DNA of 63,963 nt, filler included, from Basidioascus undulatus (Eukaryota), in assembly GCA_000826855.1 (NCBI GenBank). It is 12 parts of 12 records of this genome, joined end to end, with 100 filler letters (N's around TTAATTAATTAA, not from the genome) between each part and the next. Parts side by side here need not be neighbours in the genome. Positions count along the whole stretch, not along the records: positions 39,149 to 42,677 come from JTLS01002394.1; positions 42,778 to 46,297 come from JTLS01002395.1; positions 46,398 to 49,909 come from JTLS01002396.1; 9 more parts are not named here. One strand, 5' to 3'. Below the pieces are notes generated by a model. That model did not search any database and was not told where the DNA came from. It saw nothing but the letters and a program-made list of their open reading frames with translations. Below are positions 39,272 to 50,009 of the stretch, piece by piece. Position 1 is the stretch's first letter. Each line of letters begins with the position of its first letter. The position numbers and the translations under genes were made by a program.

Positions 39272-40996
39272 GAGTCTACGACCCCTCCCTCAAGCATTAC
39301 ACCACCTCCGCCTCCGTGCGCAAGGCGCTCTCACCCGCCCAGGCCTCCGGCACGCCAAGCAGGCCCTACCCGACGCTCTCCGCGCTCTTCTCGGCGCTCT
39401 CCACGCGGAAAGCCAACGCGGGCGCGGCAGCGGCCTTTGCGCGCGCGCACGCGCTCGCGGACGACCCGCAGGCGCTCGACGCGTTCCTCCGCCTCGTCGA
39501 TAAGAACCTCAAGCTCGGCTGCGCGGCGAATACGCTCCGCTCGGCGTTTGAACACTCTTATCGGACTATCCCCCCGGCTCCTTCTCTCGCCTCTTCTCCA
39601 GCACAACCTCAGCCTCAGTCCCAGGCCAACGACACTGAGAAGCAGCCCGCACAGTCGGAGTCGGACCCACAGTTCATCGACCGCGGCGGATGGGCGTTCT
39701 CCACCGCGCTGGGGAAGACCGTCCTCACCCCCAACCTCGGCTGGACGCTCTTCGCGCCCTCCAAGCCCAAGTCCGCCGCCGCTCCAGCGCGGTGGTACGC
39801 CTCGCGCAAGCTCGACGGCGTGCGCTGCATCCTCTTCCTCGACGTCTTCTTCCCCGTCTCCCCATCCTCCTCTCCGCGAATCGTCTCCTTCCGCGCCTTC
39901 TCCCGCAACGGCAACGAGTTCACGTCCCTCTCGGCCCTGCACACTGCCTTGCGTCCGCTAGCCGAGAGCCCGCTCCTGCGCGCGCTCTTCCCCGGCGCGG
40001 AGGGCTCGGGACAAGTCCACCGCCTCGTCCTAGACGGCGAGGTGTGCTGCCTCCTGTCGGACGGGGAGACCGAGCACTTCGCCTCGGTCGTCTCGGCCGT
40101 GCGAAAGAAGGACGTGCCGATGCCGCTCGGGTCGTTCACGTTCCACCTCCTGGACGTCCTGACGCTCGAAGAGTTTGCGGGGCGCGCGCAGAGCCCGTCG
40201 TTTGGGGCGCGCGTGGAGGAGAGGGGGGAAGCCGTGCTGGGTTGGTTGGATCGGGAGGGGAGCGGGGAAGGGAAGGGCGTGGTGAGGAGGGTGGAGCAGA
40301 TGGTTGTGCTGGGGGAGGAAGATGCGCTGAGGACGGTCGAGGAGGCCGCGAGGAGGAAGTGGGAGGGGATCGTGTTCCGTCGGGATAAGCCGTATGTCGG
40401 GAAACGCAGGTATGTTTGCTGTGCTCACCTTTCCTCTACCTCTTCCTTTTCCTCTCCCGCGTCGTCCGAACCGTTGATCCCAACGCGACCGCCTCCCACG
40501 CGCAGCACGGACGTCCTCAAATGGAAGCAATGGCTGGACGCCGAGTACACCGTGAAGTCGCTCGACACCGCGCGCATGCGGCTCGCCGTGAATGGCGTGT
40601 TTGACGAGCATGAGGCCTGCGCGAACGTCTGGATCGAGCACAAGGGTCCGTCTCGTCATCCTTCCCAAATTCTTTACCTTTATTTTGACTGACTCGGTGA
40701 CGGATGCCGGCACAGGCACGCCCGTCTCCGTCGGATCGGGGTTCACGGTCGCACAGCGACTTCGATATGCCAAGGACCCGAGTCTGATCGTCTGTTCTGT
40801 TTCTTCTCCCCCAAATCCTTTTCAGTCTGTTGTCTAATCTTCAAGTGCTTTTCTTGGATGGGAACAGATAGGCAAGCAGATCACGATCGAGTACTTCGAG
40901 GAGAGCGAGAGCGCTGCACGCGGAGAGGGCGGCGGGACGAGCTTGCGCTTCCCAAGGGTCAAGATGGTCCATGAGGGGGGGAGGAGGGACTACTAG
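39272..40996 (+). CDS. ATP-dependent DNA ligase of compact phage/T4-like type, with spliceosomal introns; 5' end cut
   Basis: Motif I SRKLDGVRC, FSRNG, III LDGEV, IIIa FHLLDVL, IV WEGIVFR, V KR|STDVLKWK, OB domain VGSGFT..QR, ITIEYFEES, SLRFPRVK; TAG at 40994-40996. Confidence 0.9.
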
Positions 40997-41472
40997 ACTT
41001 CATTGCTGGGTTATTTTTGCAGTGGTGAGGTTGAGAACGACAGCAGTGCTGTTCTTGCCCGGCTGGTGGGGAGACGGAATGTTACCGCACGTCTCGTCGC
41101 AGCTGAGATCACTTACCTGACACGTTCGCCTACTTCAGAGTTCATCTGAGCGTCCTCCGCTGTTTCGCCGCAAGTTATTCCCAATCACCCTGAGCTGTTC
41201 TGAAGCTTTTCATGCAAACAGCCGCATCTTTCTTTGGGCTGCTCCCTTCTCTCGCTTCCCCGAAGTGGAGGCGGACTCCCACGCCTGCTCGGCAACCGCT
41301 CCGCGTCCGGCCCGTCCGAATGTCGCCCCTTCGAAGTCGCATGCCGGCATTGCATATTGCCCGCAGACCATCACGACATCCCCACTGCAGTCCTCTGTGA
41401 ATGCCCCTCTCCCCCATCCGCCGCCTCGCCCAGCTCTCCCGCCAGCTCAGTACACCCACCATCACCCGCGCC

Positions 41473-42657
41473 ATGTCGTCCATTCCCCAGACCCAGCGTG
41501 CCCTCCGCATCGAGAAGAGTGCGTCGGGCGTCCGTCGATGAGGGAAGGAGAGGTGGTACTGATGATGAAGATTGGGATGGGCGATAGCCGGTGGCCTGGA
41601 AGTCCTTAACGTCCAGGAGGACGCGCCGGTGCCGAAGCCGAAGGAGAACGAGGTCCTGATCAAGACCACCTGGGCAGGCGTCAACTTCAGTGCGTCTCGC
41701 CTTATCCTTATCTTACCTGCTTCACTCGGATGAACCTCTGCATGGCGCGCGCAGTCGACACCTACCAGCGCTCCGGCCTCTACCAGCTCCCCCTCCCGCT
41801 CACCCTCGGCCAGGAGTCCGCCGGCACCGTTGCGGTCGCGCCTGCGAGTGGGCGCTTCAAGGTTGGGCAGCGTGTGGCTGCGTACAGCGTGAGCTCAATC
41901 CCCGAGTGGGGAAGAAGGTGAAGTACTGAGGTGGATTTGCGGTGCTCTGGTTCAGGGCGGCGCCTTCGCCGAGTACCACGCCGCGCCGGAGAACAAGGTC
42001 GTTGCGCTGCCGGACGACCTGAGCGACAAGGACGCCGCGACGGTGCTTCTGCAGGGGCTGACAGGTGCGTACTTGTGGTCTCCAACTTCTCTTGGAGCGA
42101 GGGGCTCATGATGACCGCCGGTGCAGCCTGGACTCTCCTCAAGGAGGCATACGAGGTGAAGCCCGGCGACTGGGTGCTCGTCCACGCCGTCGCGGGAGGG
42201 GTGGGCCTGCTGCTTGCGCAGATGGCTAAGCATATTGGTGCTGTACGTCCTTCGACATCCTACTCTCCGTCAGAATCTCGTTCACTTACGTTGCGTTCAC
42301 CCCTCTGCAGCACGTCATCGGCACGACCTCCACGTGCGTTCTTACGTCTTGCGCTTGGAGTAGCATTGTGCTGGGTGTGAAAAAAGGCTGATGAAAGCGT
42401 GGGAGGAACGGTAGTGAGGAGAAGGCCGCTCTCGCCAAGCAGAACGGGGCGGAGCACGTCATCCTGTACACGAAGGAGAGCGTCGTCGACCGCGTGAACG
42501 AGATCACCAAGGGCGACGGCGTGCACGTCGTCTACGACGGTGTCGGTGCGTCTTCCCTTGCCCTTGCCCTTGCCCTTTCTCACCACCCTCTGACACCCGT
42601 TATCGCTCTCGCAGGCAAGGACACCTGGGAGGACGACTTCCTGATCGCCCGCCGCAG
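41473..42657 (+). CDS. NADPH:quinone oxidoreductase (zeta-crystallin/Zta1-like MDR), 3' end cut
   Basis: EVLIKTTWAGVNF|VDTYQRSGLY, LGQESAGTV, GAFAEY, LLQGLT|AWTL, WVLVHAVAGGVGL, VVYDGVG|KDTW. Confidence 0.9.
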
Positions 42658-42677
42658 TACGTCTTCTTCCCTTTCCC

Positions 42678-42777
42678 NNNNNNNNNNNNNNNNNNNNNNN
42701 NNNNNNNNNNNNNNNNNNNNNTTAATTAATTAANNNNNNNNNNNNNNNNNNNNNNNNNNNNNNNNNNNNNNNNNNNN
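42678..42777. other. Artificial contig linker
   Basis: N44-TTAATTAATTAA-N44. Confidence 0.99.
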
Positions 42778-42857
42778 GGAAAGGGTGAGAGCGTAAAATG
42801 AGGTGGCAAGGTTTGACAGTTGTCGAGAATTGAATATTTGTTAAGACGTTCATGACA
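42778..42857 (-). mobile_element. Terminus of the same LTR-like element (ends ...CATGACA on + strand)
   Basis: 42788-42857 is the reverse complement of 35348-35417. Confidence 0.7.
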
Positions 42858-43599
42858 ACATGCCCATGAGGCATCCCTTCAAGGCCTCAGACAAAGATGA
42901 CCTCTCTTCCCTCCACATGTTCTTCAGCTCTTCACCCTCAATTATCAAATCTAGAAATGGTACCAGAGATCAAAGTCTGGCAGCAATTGGAGTGTCACTT
43001 TGAGTTTGTCGAGATGGAGGAAGTGAATCTTGCTGAGCAAGAGTTGAGTGATCTTGGTCATGAGTGTCCCATTGAACTTGGCATATTCTTCTAGATTCAT
43101 TTCAAGGGTGATGCTCAACTGCAACTGCTGCAGCATGGTGATCCTCTGCATTCGAGACTGAAGGGGATAACTGTCCAGGGGGGTGGTGGCATTGTACACA
43201 GTGTGAGTGTGGTAAGTTTGGGGAATTCTGAGCTGGTTGCATCCAAAGGGCATGTGAGGAATTGAGGTGGCAAGGAAATGCAAGTAGCAGCATGAAGCTA
43301 ATGTAGACACCAGTGACAGATTGATTGCAACCTGCTCAGGTAGCTTGAGAGTATAGTATTGAAGTTTGCACAGCCTGGCCAATATTAAGCTAGCAACCCC
43401 TCAGGCTGTTTCTCATGCAACAGTCAGTGAAAGCACTGACCTAGTGAAGGTGATGTCTTGCTGCATGTGTGGGCACATCAGAGTCTCAAGGAAGGGTGTC
43501 CACAAATGCTGCCAGCTGCAAGTAACAAACCTGACTCAGTGTCTTCCTTTCTTGTCCTCCCTCCCAGCACATGCACCAAGCCAGCTTCTCCTTGCCATC

Positions 43600-45420
43600 C
43601 AGTCTTTGTCCATGTGTGGGGATGTCCATGTGGATAATCCATGTGGATGTCCATGTGGATGTGTGTGGGGATGAACATTTGCATATCCATGTGCAAGTCT
43701 GTAGGAATGTCTGTGGAAATATCTGGAAGGATGTCTGTGTTCATGTCCATGGGGATGTCTATGAGGATGTCTATGAGGATGTCCATGTCCAGATCTGTGT
43801 CTGTGTCCCTGTCCCTGTCCCAGACAAATGTCTGTTCTCTCAGACACATGTCTATTCATCCAGACACACCCTGTCTCAGATTTTAGACACATGTCTATTT
43901 TTGCCATGCACATGCCTACTCTTCCAGACATATCCCGTCTGAAATTGTGGATTTCAGACACACCCTGTCTTGTCTGGAATTTCAGTCCATTTCATCAAGA
44001 CATATGTCCATTTTTCCAAACAGATGTCTGCCCATGCAGACATGCTCTGCTTGGAAGTTCACATGCCTGTCTATTTCTTTGGTCATTTGTCTTGTTATTC
44101 AGACATGTGTCTATGCAACCAGACACACCCTGTCTGAAGCTGCAAACACATGTCTGTCCAGCCAGACATGCCCTGTCTGGCATTCCAGACACCTGTCTGT
44201 TTCTTCAGACAGATGTCTGCCAAATTTCTGGCCTGGTCTCTGTCTAAATGTCCCAATGCATAGGATGTCAAAAAGTCTGATGGGATGTCCAGATGTCTGA
44301 TGGGATATCTTGTGTCCCAAGGCATAGGTTGTCCTGGGACATCCTGATGTCCTGATGTCCCATGGGATGTCCCAATGTCCAACAAGATGTCCCACTGTCC
44401 TACAGTACATCCCAATGTCCTACTGAACTGTCATGATATTCTGATGTCCTATAAGACATCCCAATGTCCTGATGTTCTGCTCCTATGGGACATCTCAATA
44501 TCCCACAAGAAGGGACAACCTGATGGTCCTGTCAGTGTGTCTTATCTCAATTTCTGGTCTGGTCTGATAGTCTGGTCTGGTGCTCTGGTCTGGTGTTCTG
44601 GTCTGGTCTGAAGGTCAGGTCTGCCAGGTTGGTCTGGTCTGAGAGTTCAGTCTGGTCTGAATTTGTGGCCTGGTCTGAAGTTTGGTCTATCTGAATCGTG
44701 GTCTGGTCTGCTGCTCTGGTCTGCTGCTCTGGTCTGGGGTGTATATCATAGACAGGGTGTGCCTACAGGGTCTCTGTGGTGGACAGGGCATGTCTTCAGT
44801 GTGTCTGTTCATGTTGAGACAGCCTGTGTTTATGGGTTGTCTATGGCAGACACTCTGGAGACATTCACCGTCTACATAGACAGGGATGGTCTACAGGCTA
44901 TCACATTGGACAATGTGGCTGCTTGATGGACAGCACAGCTGTCCACTGGATGGACACACACTCTCATCCAAGGACAGCATGTGGACCACATGTCCACCAC
45001 CTGGACTGTGTGTCCACCTGATGGGCAGTGTGTCTGCCCCCAATGGACAGTGTGTCTAATGGATAGACTCTCCAAAGGATGAACACCTAAACCTCAGGTG
45101 GGTGACCTGCACCTCAGGCATGGGCTGTCTGCACCTCAGCTGTGACCCATCTGCTGCTCAGTCATGGTGTGTCTTCAGCTCAGACATGACTGTCTGCACC
45201 TCAGACATGGTTTATCACCTCAGACATGGCTTGTCTGAAGCTCAGATGTAGCTTGGCTGACCCTCCAGATAAGACACCTCATAAACAGGCACTGTCTATG
45301 AGGTGTCTACCATAGTCAAGGCTGCCTACAGGGTGTCTTCCATAGACAGGCACTGTCCATGGGGTGTCTATAATAGACAGGTGCAGTCTACCAGGTGTCT
45401 ACCATAGACATGTCCTCTTA
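43600..45420. repeat. CpG-depleted complex satellite-like array (GGATGTCCATGT, CAGACA/TGTCTG, GGGACATCC, (TCTGG)n, CACCTCAGACATG blocks)
   Basis: Successive blocks of short direct and inverted motifs; almost no CpG, with excess TG/CA. Confidence 0.8.
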
Positions 45421-46297
45421 CCCAAGGCAGGAGAGTTTGTCCTATAGTAGGATAGTTCTCTTCCATAGCATGAGATTTTTTCTCGGACTAGAAGGGTCCT
45501 TTCGTAAAATTATAGTGCAAGACAGTGGTGGTGGTTGCAAACTGCAAGAGGCTGCCACAGCATACTCTATCAATCACACATTTACCAGTTCTGAAACCTG
45601 GCCTGTCCTCAAACAGGTTCTCGCCATAAGTCAATTGAAAGCAAGACAGAACATCCTTCCAAAGTAGTTGAAACAGTGTAAAAAGTTTGGTACCAATTAA
45701 TTTTGAAGGGTTGATGGAACAAGACATCTTGTCGGCCTTGCTTCAGCCGGTAATTTCCTAGGAAGTTCTGTTGGGTCATCCAGGCAGTCCATAGATCTAG
45801 GCTCGGACCCTTAAAGATGGAATTAGCGAGTCACGACTTAAGGCGGGGTGCTCGACTGGTGTAAAGACAAAGGATAACAGTCTGCCCGGTTCAGTGCTGT
45901 GCTCTGTCATTCTCAAAGTCGAGCGTCACCTTGCCACTGAATCTATATCATTTCCTGCCTACTCCCTCTCGAGCTACACCGCCTTCGAACATGCCACGTA
46001 CATGCCTGGCTCTGCTAGGCACTTGCGTACTCAGACGACCTTGATGGGCGCCGACCCAGATTTTGAATGAGCAGCTGCTGAAACCTGACCGCTGTACGGA
46101 CTAGTCCTCTCCCTTCCTTACTCCCAATGTTTTCGTCCATTTTCCAACTCATTTTCCAACTTACATCACATGGAAAGTGCACCAAACCAGACGCTTCGCA
46201 GCACATCTACTCAAATGGTTCTACTCCCCCTCCCCGGCTGCCGCCGCATCTCCGACCGCAGTCCCCTTCCCCTTCTTCTTCTTCTTCTTCTTCACCT

Positions 46298-46397
46298 NNN
46301 NNNNNNNNNNNNNNNNNNNNNNNNNNNNNNNNNNNNNNNNNTTAATTAATTAANNNNNNNNNNNNNNNNNNNNNNNNNNNNNNNNNNNNNNNNNNNN
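46298..46397. other. Artificial contig linker
   Basis: N44-TTAATTAATTAA-N44. Confidence 0.99.
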
Positions 46398-47170
46398 CGA
46401 GGGAGTGGGTGATCTGGAAGCCCTGGAGGCAGTCGCAGCCCTCGGCCTCCTTGCGGACGACGTCGAGGACCGAGTCGACGAGCTCAGCACCCTCAGTGTA
46501 GTGGCCCTTCGCCCAGTTGTTACCCGCGCCCGACTGGCCGAAGACCATGTTGTCCGGGCGGAAGAGCCCGCCGAGCGGCGAGGACCGGATCGAGTCCATC
46601 GTGCCCGGCTCAAGGTCGCTAGTGGCAGGAGCGGAGCATCAGGACCCTGCGTTTCAAGGGCGGAAGAAGGCAGGAGAGACGTACACCAGGACAGCGCGGG
46701 GAACGTACTTGCCGCCTACATGCATGCCGCCTCGTCAGTCCCGGTCCCACCGCAACTAGCGACAGGACGCACCAGAGGCCTCGTTGTAGTAGACGTTGAT
46801 GCGCTCGAGCTGGCTGGAGACGCGCGCGCACAGAAGCATTATTAGCCCGTCCGTTCTCCGCCAGGCACCTCGCCTGTAAGGAAGACACGCACGCGTCGGT
46901 CGTGCCGTGGTAGGCGCCGCTGTTATCGAGCCCGTGCTCGTCACAAAGGACCTCCTACTCGCCGCCCTCCATCTCAGCACCACACAGTCCTCGCTCTTTC
47001 CCCCTCGGACGAAAGCTACGCACCCAGAACTTGGACCCAACCTGGTTCCCGCACTATCGCATCGCAATCCCAACCGCGTGTCAGCGTCGTGTGTTTGTCT
47101 TCTCTCTCGCGCGGGGGAGGAGGGGGAGGCGGACCTGGCCGGTCTGGAGGTGGACGATCTCGCGGCCCAT
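46398..47170 (-). CDS. TUB2: Beta-tubulin, 5' fragment, 6 exons
   Basis: [22 protein letters not shown]|...[12 protein letters not shown]|..[17 protein letters not shown]...[22 protein letters not shown]...GFQITHSL. Confidence 0.97.
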
Positions 47171-48070
47171 TGTTGGATTAAAGTGAGTGCGGTGGGAGAG
47201 ACGGGTGGGACGGAGGGGAATGGGCAGGGATGAAGGGAGGAAGACGAAGGGGGAGGACAAGGACAACGGAAGAGCGAGCGGGCCGAGGCAGCGCGCTCGT
47301 TCCTCTCGCAGGACCAGTACCTAGGTCGCGGTACTAACTCGCGTGAATGCGCCAGCCTACGAATTAGAGGTAGAGGGCCAGCGCAGTGGGACTTACTCAA
47401 TAGTTACTCTCCAATAAATCCCAGGAAGTACAACGAAATACATGAAACTGCCAGCCGTGAGCAGTAGCGAGATTGTACCAAACGCGACCGAGGTCTCGCG
47501 ACGCGTCTCTCGAGTTTGATTGACAAGCAACAGCGACAAGCGATCTGACAGCTTTGTCCTCCTCTTTCTCAACGCTCTCAACGCTCCTCGCTTCTTCTCA
47601 CTTCACACTACCAACGGTATTTGGTCGTAGAACAATTCATCACACAAATAACTACATTGCACTGCCAGCTGGCCGATGGGCACTTCCACCCACTTCCCGC
47701 TCTTATTGTGCCACTCCGCCCACTCAGCCCAGTCCTCCTCAACCGCATGCCTCTCACCTCGAAACGCCCTCCCATCGAACGTAACAAATTCTCGTATCTT
47801 CCCCACGCGTTGCACCTCGTGGCTTTCACCCATGTCTTCGCGTCCTTGCGGCTTCCCTTCGCAGCCCGCAACACCCGAGGCGGGTGACACTCCACGTGAT
47901 ACGAAGTCAAGTCAAGACCTGACTCTCACTGCACTCAGTGTCCCGCCGCCCTTTACGCTGTGTCCACCGCCCGTTATCATGCATTCCTTCTCTTTCTCCT
48001 TGTCTTTAAACCATCATCATCACTCTTCTACGCACTGACCATACCATCGTATTCCGTATCGCACTGACAA

Positions 48071-49909
48071 ATGCTCACCACCCTCGCTCACACTCGCCTT
48101 CGCACTCGCTCACTTGTACCCCCACTCGCTCGCACGCTCCCCACGCTCGCCATCCGCCGCGAAGACCCCTCTCGTATCTGGGAGCGGCGGTCACCTCTCT
48201 CCCCCTCCGACGTGCGGGGGGTGCTGGAATCGTACAAAGGCAAAGTTGACGTGCTCGTCGAGCCGTCTGCGAAGCGGTGCTGGACTGATGCGGAGTATGC
48301 CGCAGTGCGTCTTCCTTTCCTCCGCCATATCCAGAAGTCACAGAGATTTCTGACGGTCAAATGGTGCATCGCAGGCCGGGGCGCACATCACCCCCGACCT
48401 GGACCCAGCCTCGTTGATACTGGGCATCAAAGAGCCCCCGCCCGAGTCGGTGTTTCTCAGCCCAGCGCCCGACGGCCTATCGAGGGAGTACTTGTTCTTC
48501 TCGCACACGCACAAAGGGCAGGTTCGGCCACTTCCCTCTCCTCTCCTCCTTTCCTTCCTGCTCACGACCCTCTCAGCCGCACAACCTCCCCCTCCTCCGG
48601 CGCTTCCTCAGCGGAGGTCCTACCTCCCCGCGGCTAATGGACTACGAGCTCCTGACGGACTCTACCGGGCAGCGCGTGATCAGTTTCGGGTGGATGGCGG
48701 GCGGTTCGTCGCTCTCCCCCCCTCCTCCCTCCTTTCCACCACCCGCAAGCTCACTCCCCTCGCACACAGCCGTCGGCGCCTCCGAAGCGCTCTCGTCCTT
48801 CGCGCTGCACGCGCTCGAGCTCGGCTACGCAACGCCCTTCCTCGTGCGTCTCCCTTCCCCTTCCACTTACCCTCCCACTACGCCCCTGACTCTCCCCCGG
48901 ACAAAGCATGTCCCCCGGCCCTATACCCACCTCTCCCTCTCATACCTGCGCGCCGCGCTCCGGCTCGTAGGCGAGCGCGTACGCGCGGTCGGGACGCCAC
49001 GCAAGTTGGGGGCGATCACGATTGGGCTGACTGGGTTCGTTTTATCTTATGCGGGGAGAGGAACAGAGAGGGGAAGAACTGATGTGAGGGATGGGGTGAG
49101 CGGACGGGCAGCGCGGGGAGGGTCAGTACTGGTGCGAGGGCGATGCTGGATGAGTTGGGGGTGCGGTGGGTTGAGGTGGAGGAGTTGAAGCCTATTGCGG
49201 AGGATCCGAGTCAGTGCAAAACTTCAGCACTGTCCGTGCAGTCTGCAGGTACTGATCATGGTTTGTTCTTTCCTTAGACGCAGATACGCATCAAGTCCGC
49301 CCTCCCCGCCCGCCTTTCAGCTCTTTCTTTCCCGCACTCACCTCCCGCAACCCGTACAGATCTACGCCGCATTCCTCCCCCCCCACTCCTATCTCTCCTC
49401 CACTACCTCCGAACCATACACGCGCACCGCCTACCGCTTCGACCCCTCAAGCTTCACCTCCCACTTCGGGACGAGCGTCCGTCTTTCCCCTTTTTCCCTT
49501 CCCTCTTCCCTCTTCCCTCTTCCCTCTGCCCCTTCATGCTGAACCTGCCTGCCTCGTCCCTAGATCGCCCCCCACCTCTCGATCCTCATCAACGGCGCGG
49601 GCTGGCAGCTCGGTTTCCCTCGCCTCCTCTCTCTCCCCGAGCTGGACCGTGCGCGCGCGGCGGGAGGAGGGAAGCGGATGCTGACCGTTGCTGATCTGGC
49701 GTGCGATATCGAGGTGCGCGGGCGCTGCCGTGCGGATCGCTGAGCTGCCTCTGACTGTTATGTGGGCGGAGAACAGGGCGGCATCCCATTCGTCACGCGC
49801 TCCACAACCATCGACTCCCCCTTCTTCTATACCCCCACAACCCCCTCAGTCAGCGTTCACAGACCCTCGCACCTTCTTGTGGTCCGCCAGATCCTTCCCT
49901 TGCGCCTCG
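48071..49909 (+). CDS. Lysine-ketoglutarate reductase domain (AASS/LKR-SDH-type), 5' portion
   Basis: Presequence-like N-terminus, AIRREDPSRIWERRSPLSP, ILGIKEPP, FFSHTHKGQ, MDYELLTD..RVISFGWMAG, TPFL, ADLACDIE|GGIPF. Confidence 0.85.
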
Positions 49910-50009
49910 NNNNNNNNNNNNNNNNNNNNNNNNNNNNNNNNNNNNNNNNNNNNTTAATTAATTAANNNNNNNNNNNNNNNNNNNNNNNNNNNNNNNNNNN
50001 NNNNNNNNN
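49910..50009. other. Artificial contig linker
   Basis: N44-TTAATTAATTAA-N44. Confidence 0.99.

Noticed and set aside
43478..44415. His/Met/Cys/Asp-rich ORFs that look like metal-binding repeat proteins
   Set aside because: Translation artefacts of CpG-deaminated satellite motifs (CAT/ATG/TGT/GAC); open in several frames on both strands.
43600..45420. Possible CRISPR array
   Set aside because: No constant repeat with unique equal-length spacers, no cas genes, and a eukaryotic context.
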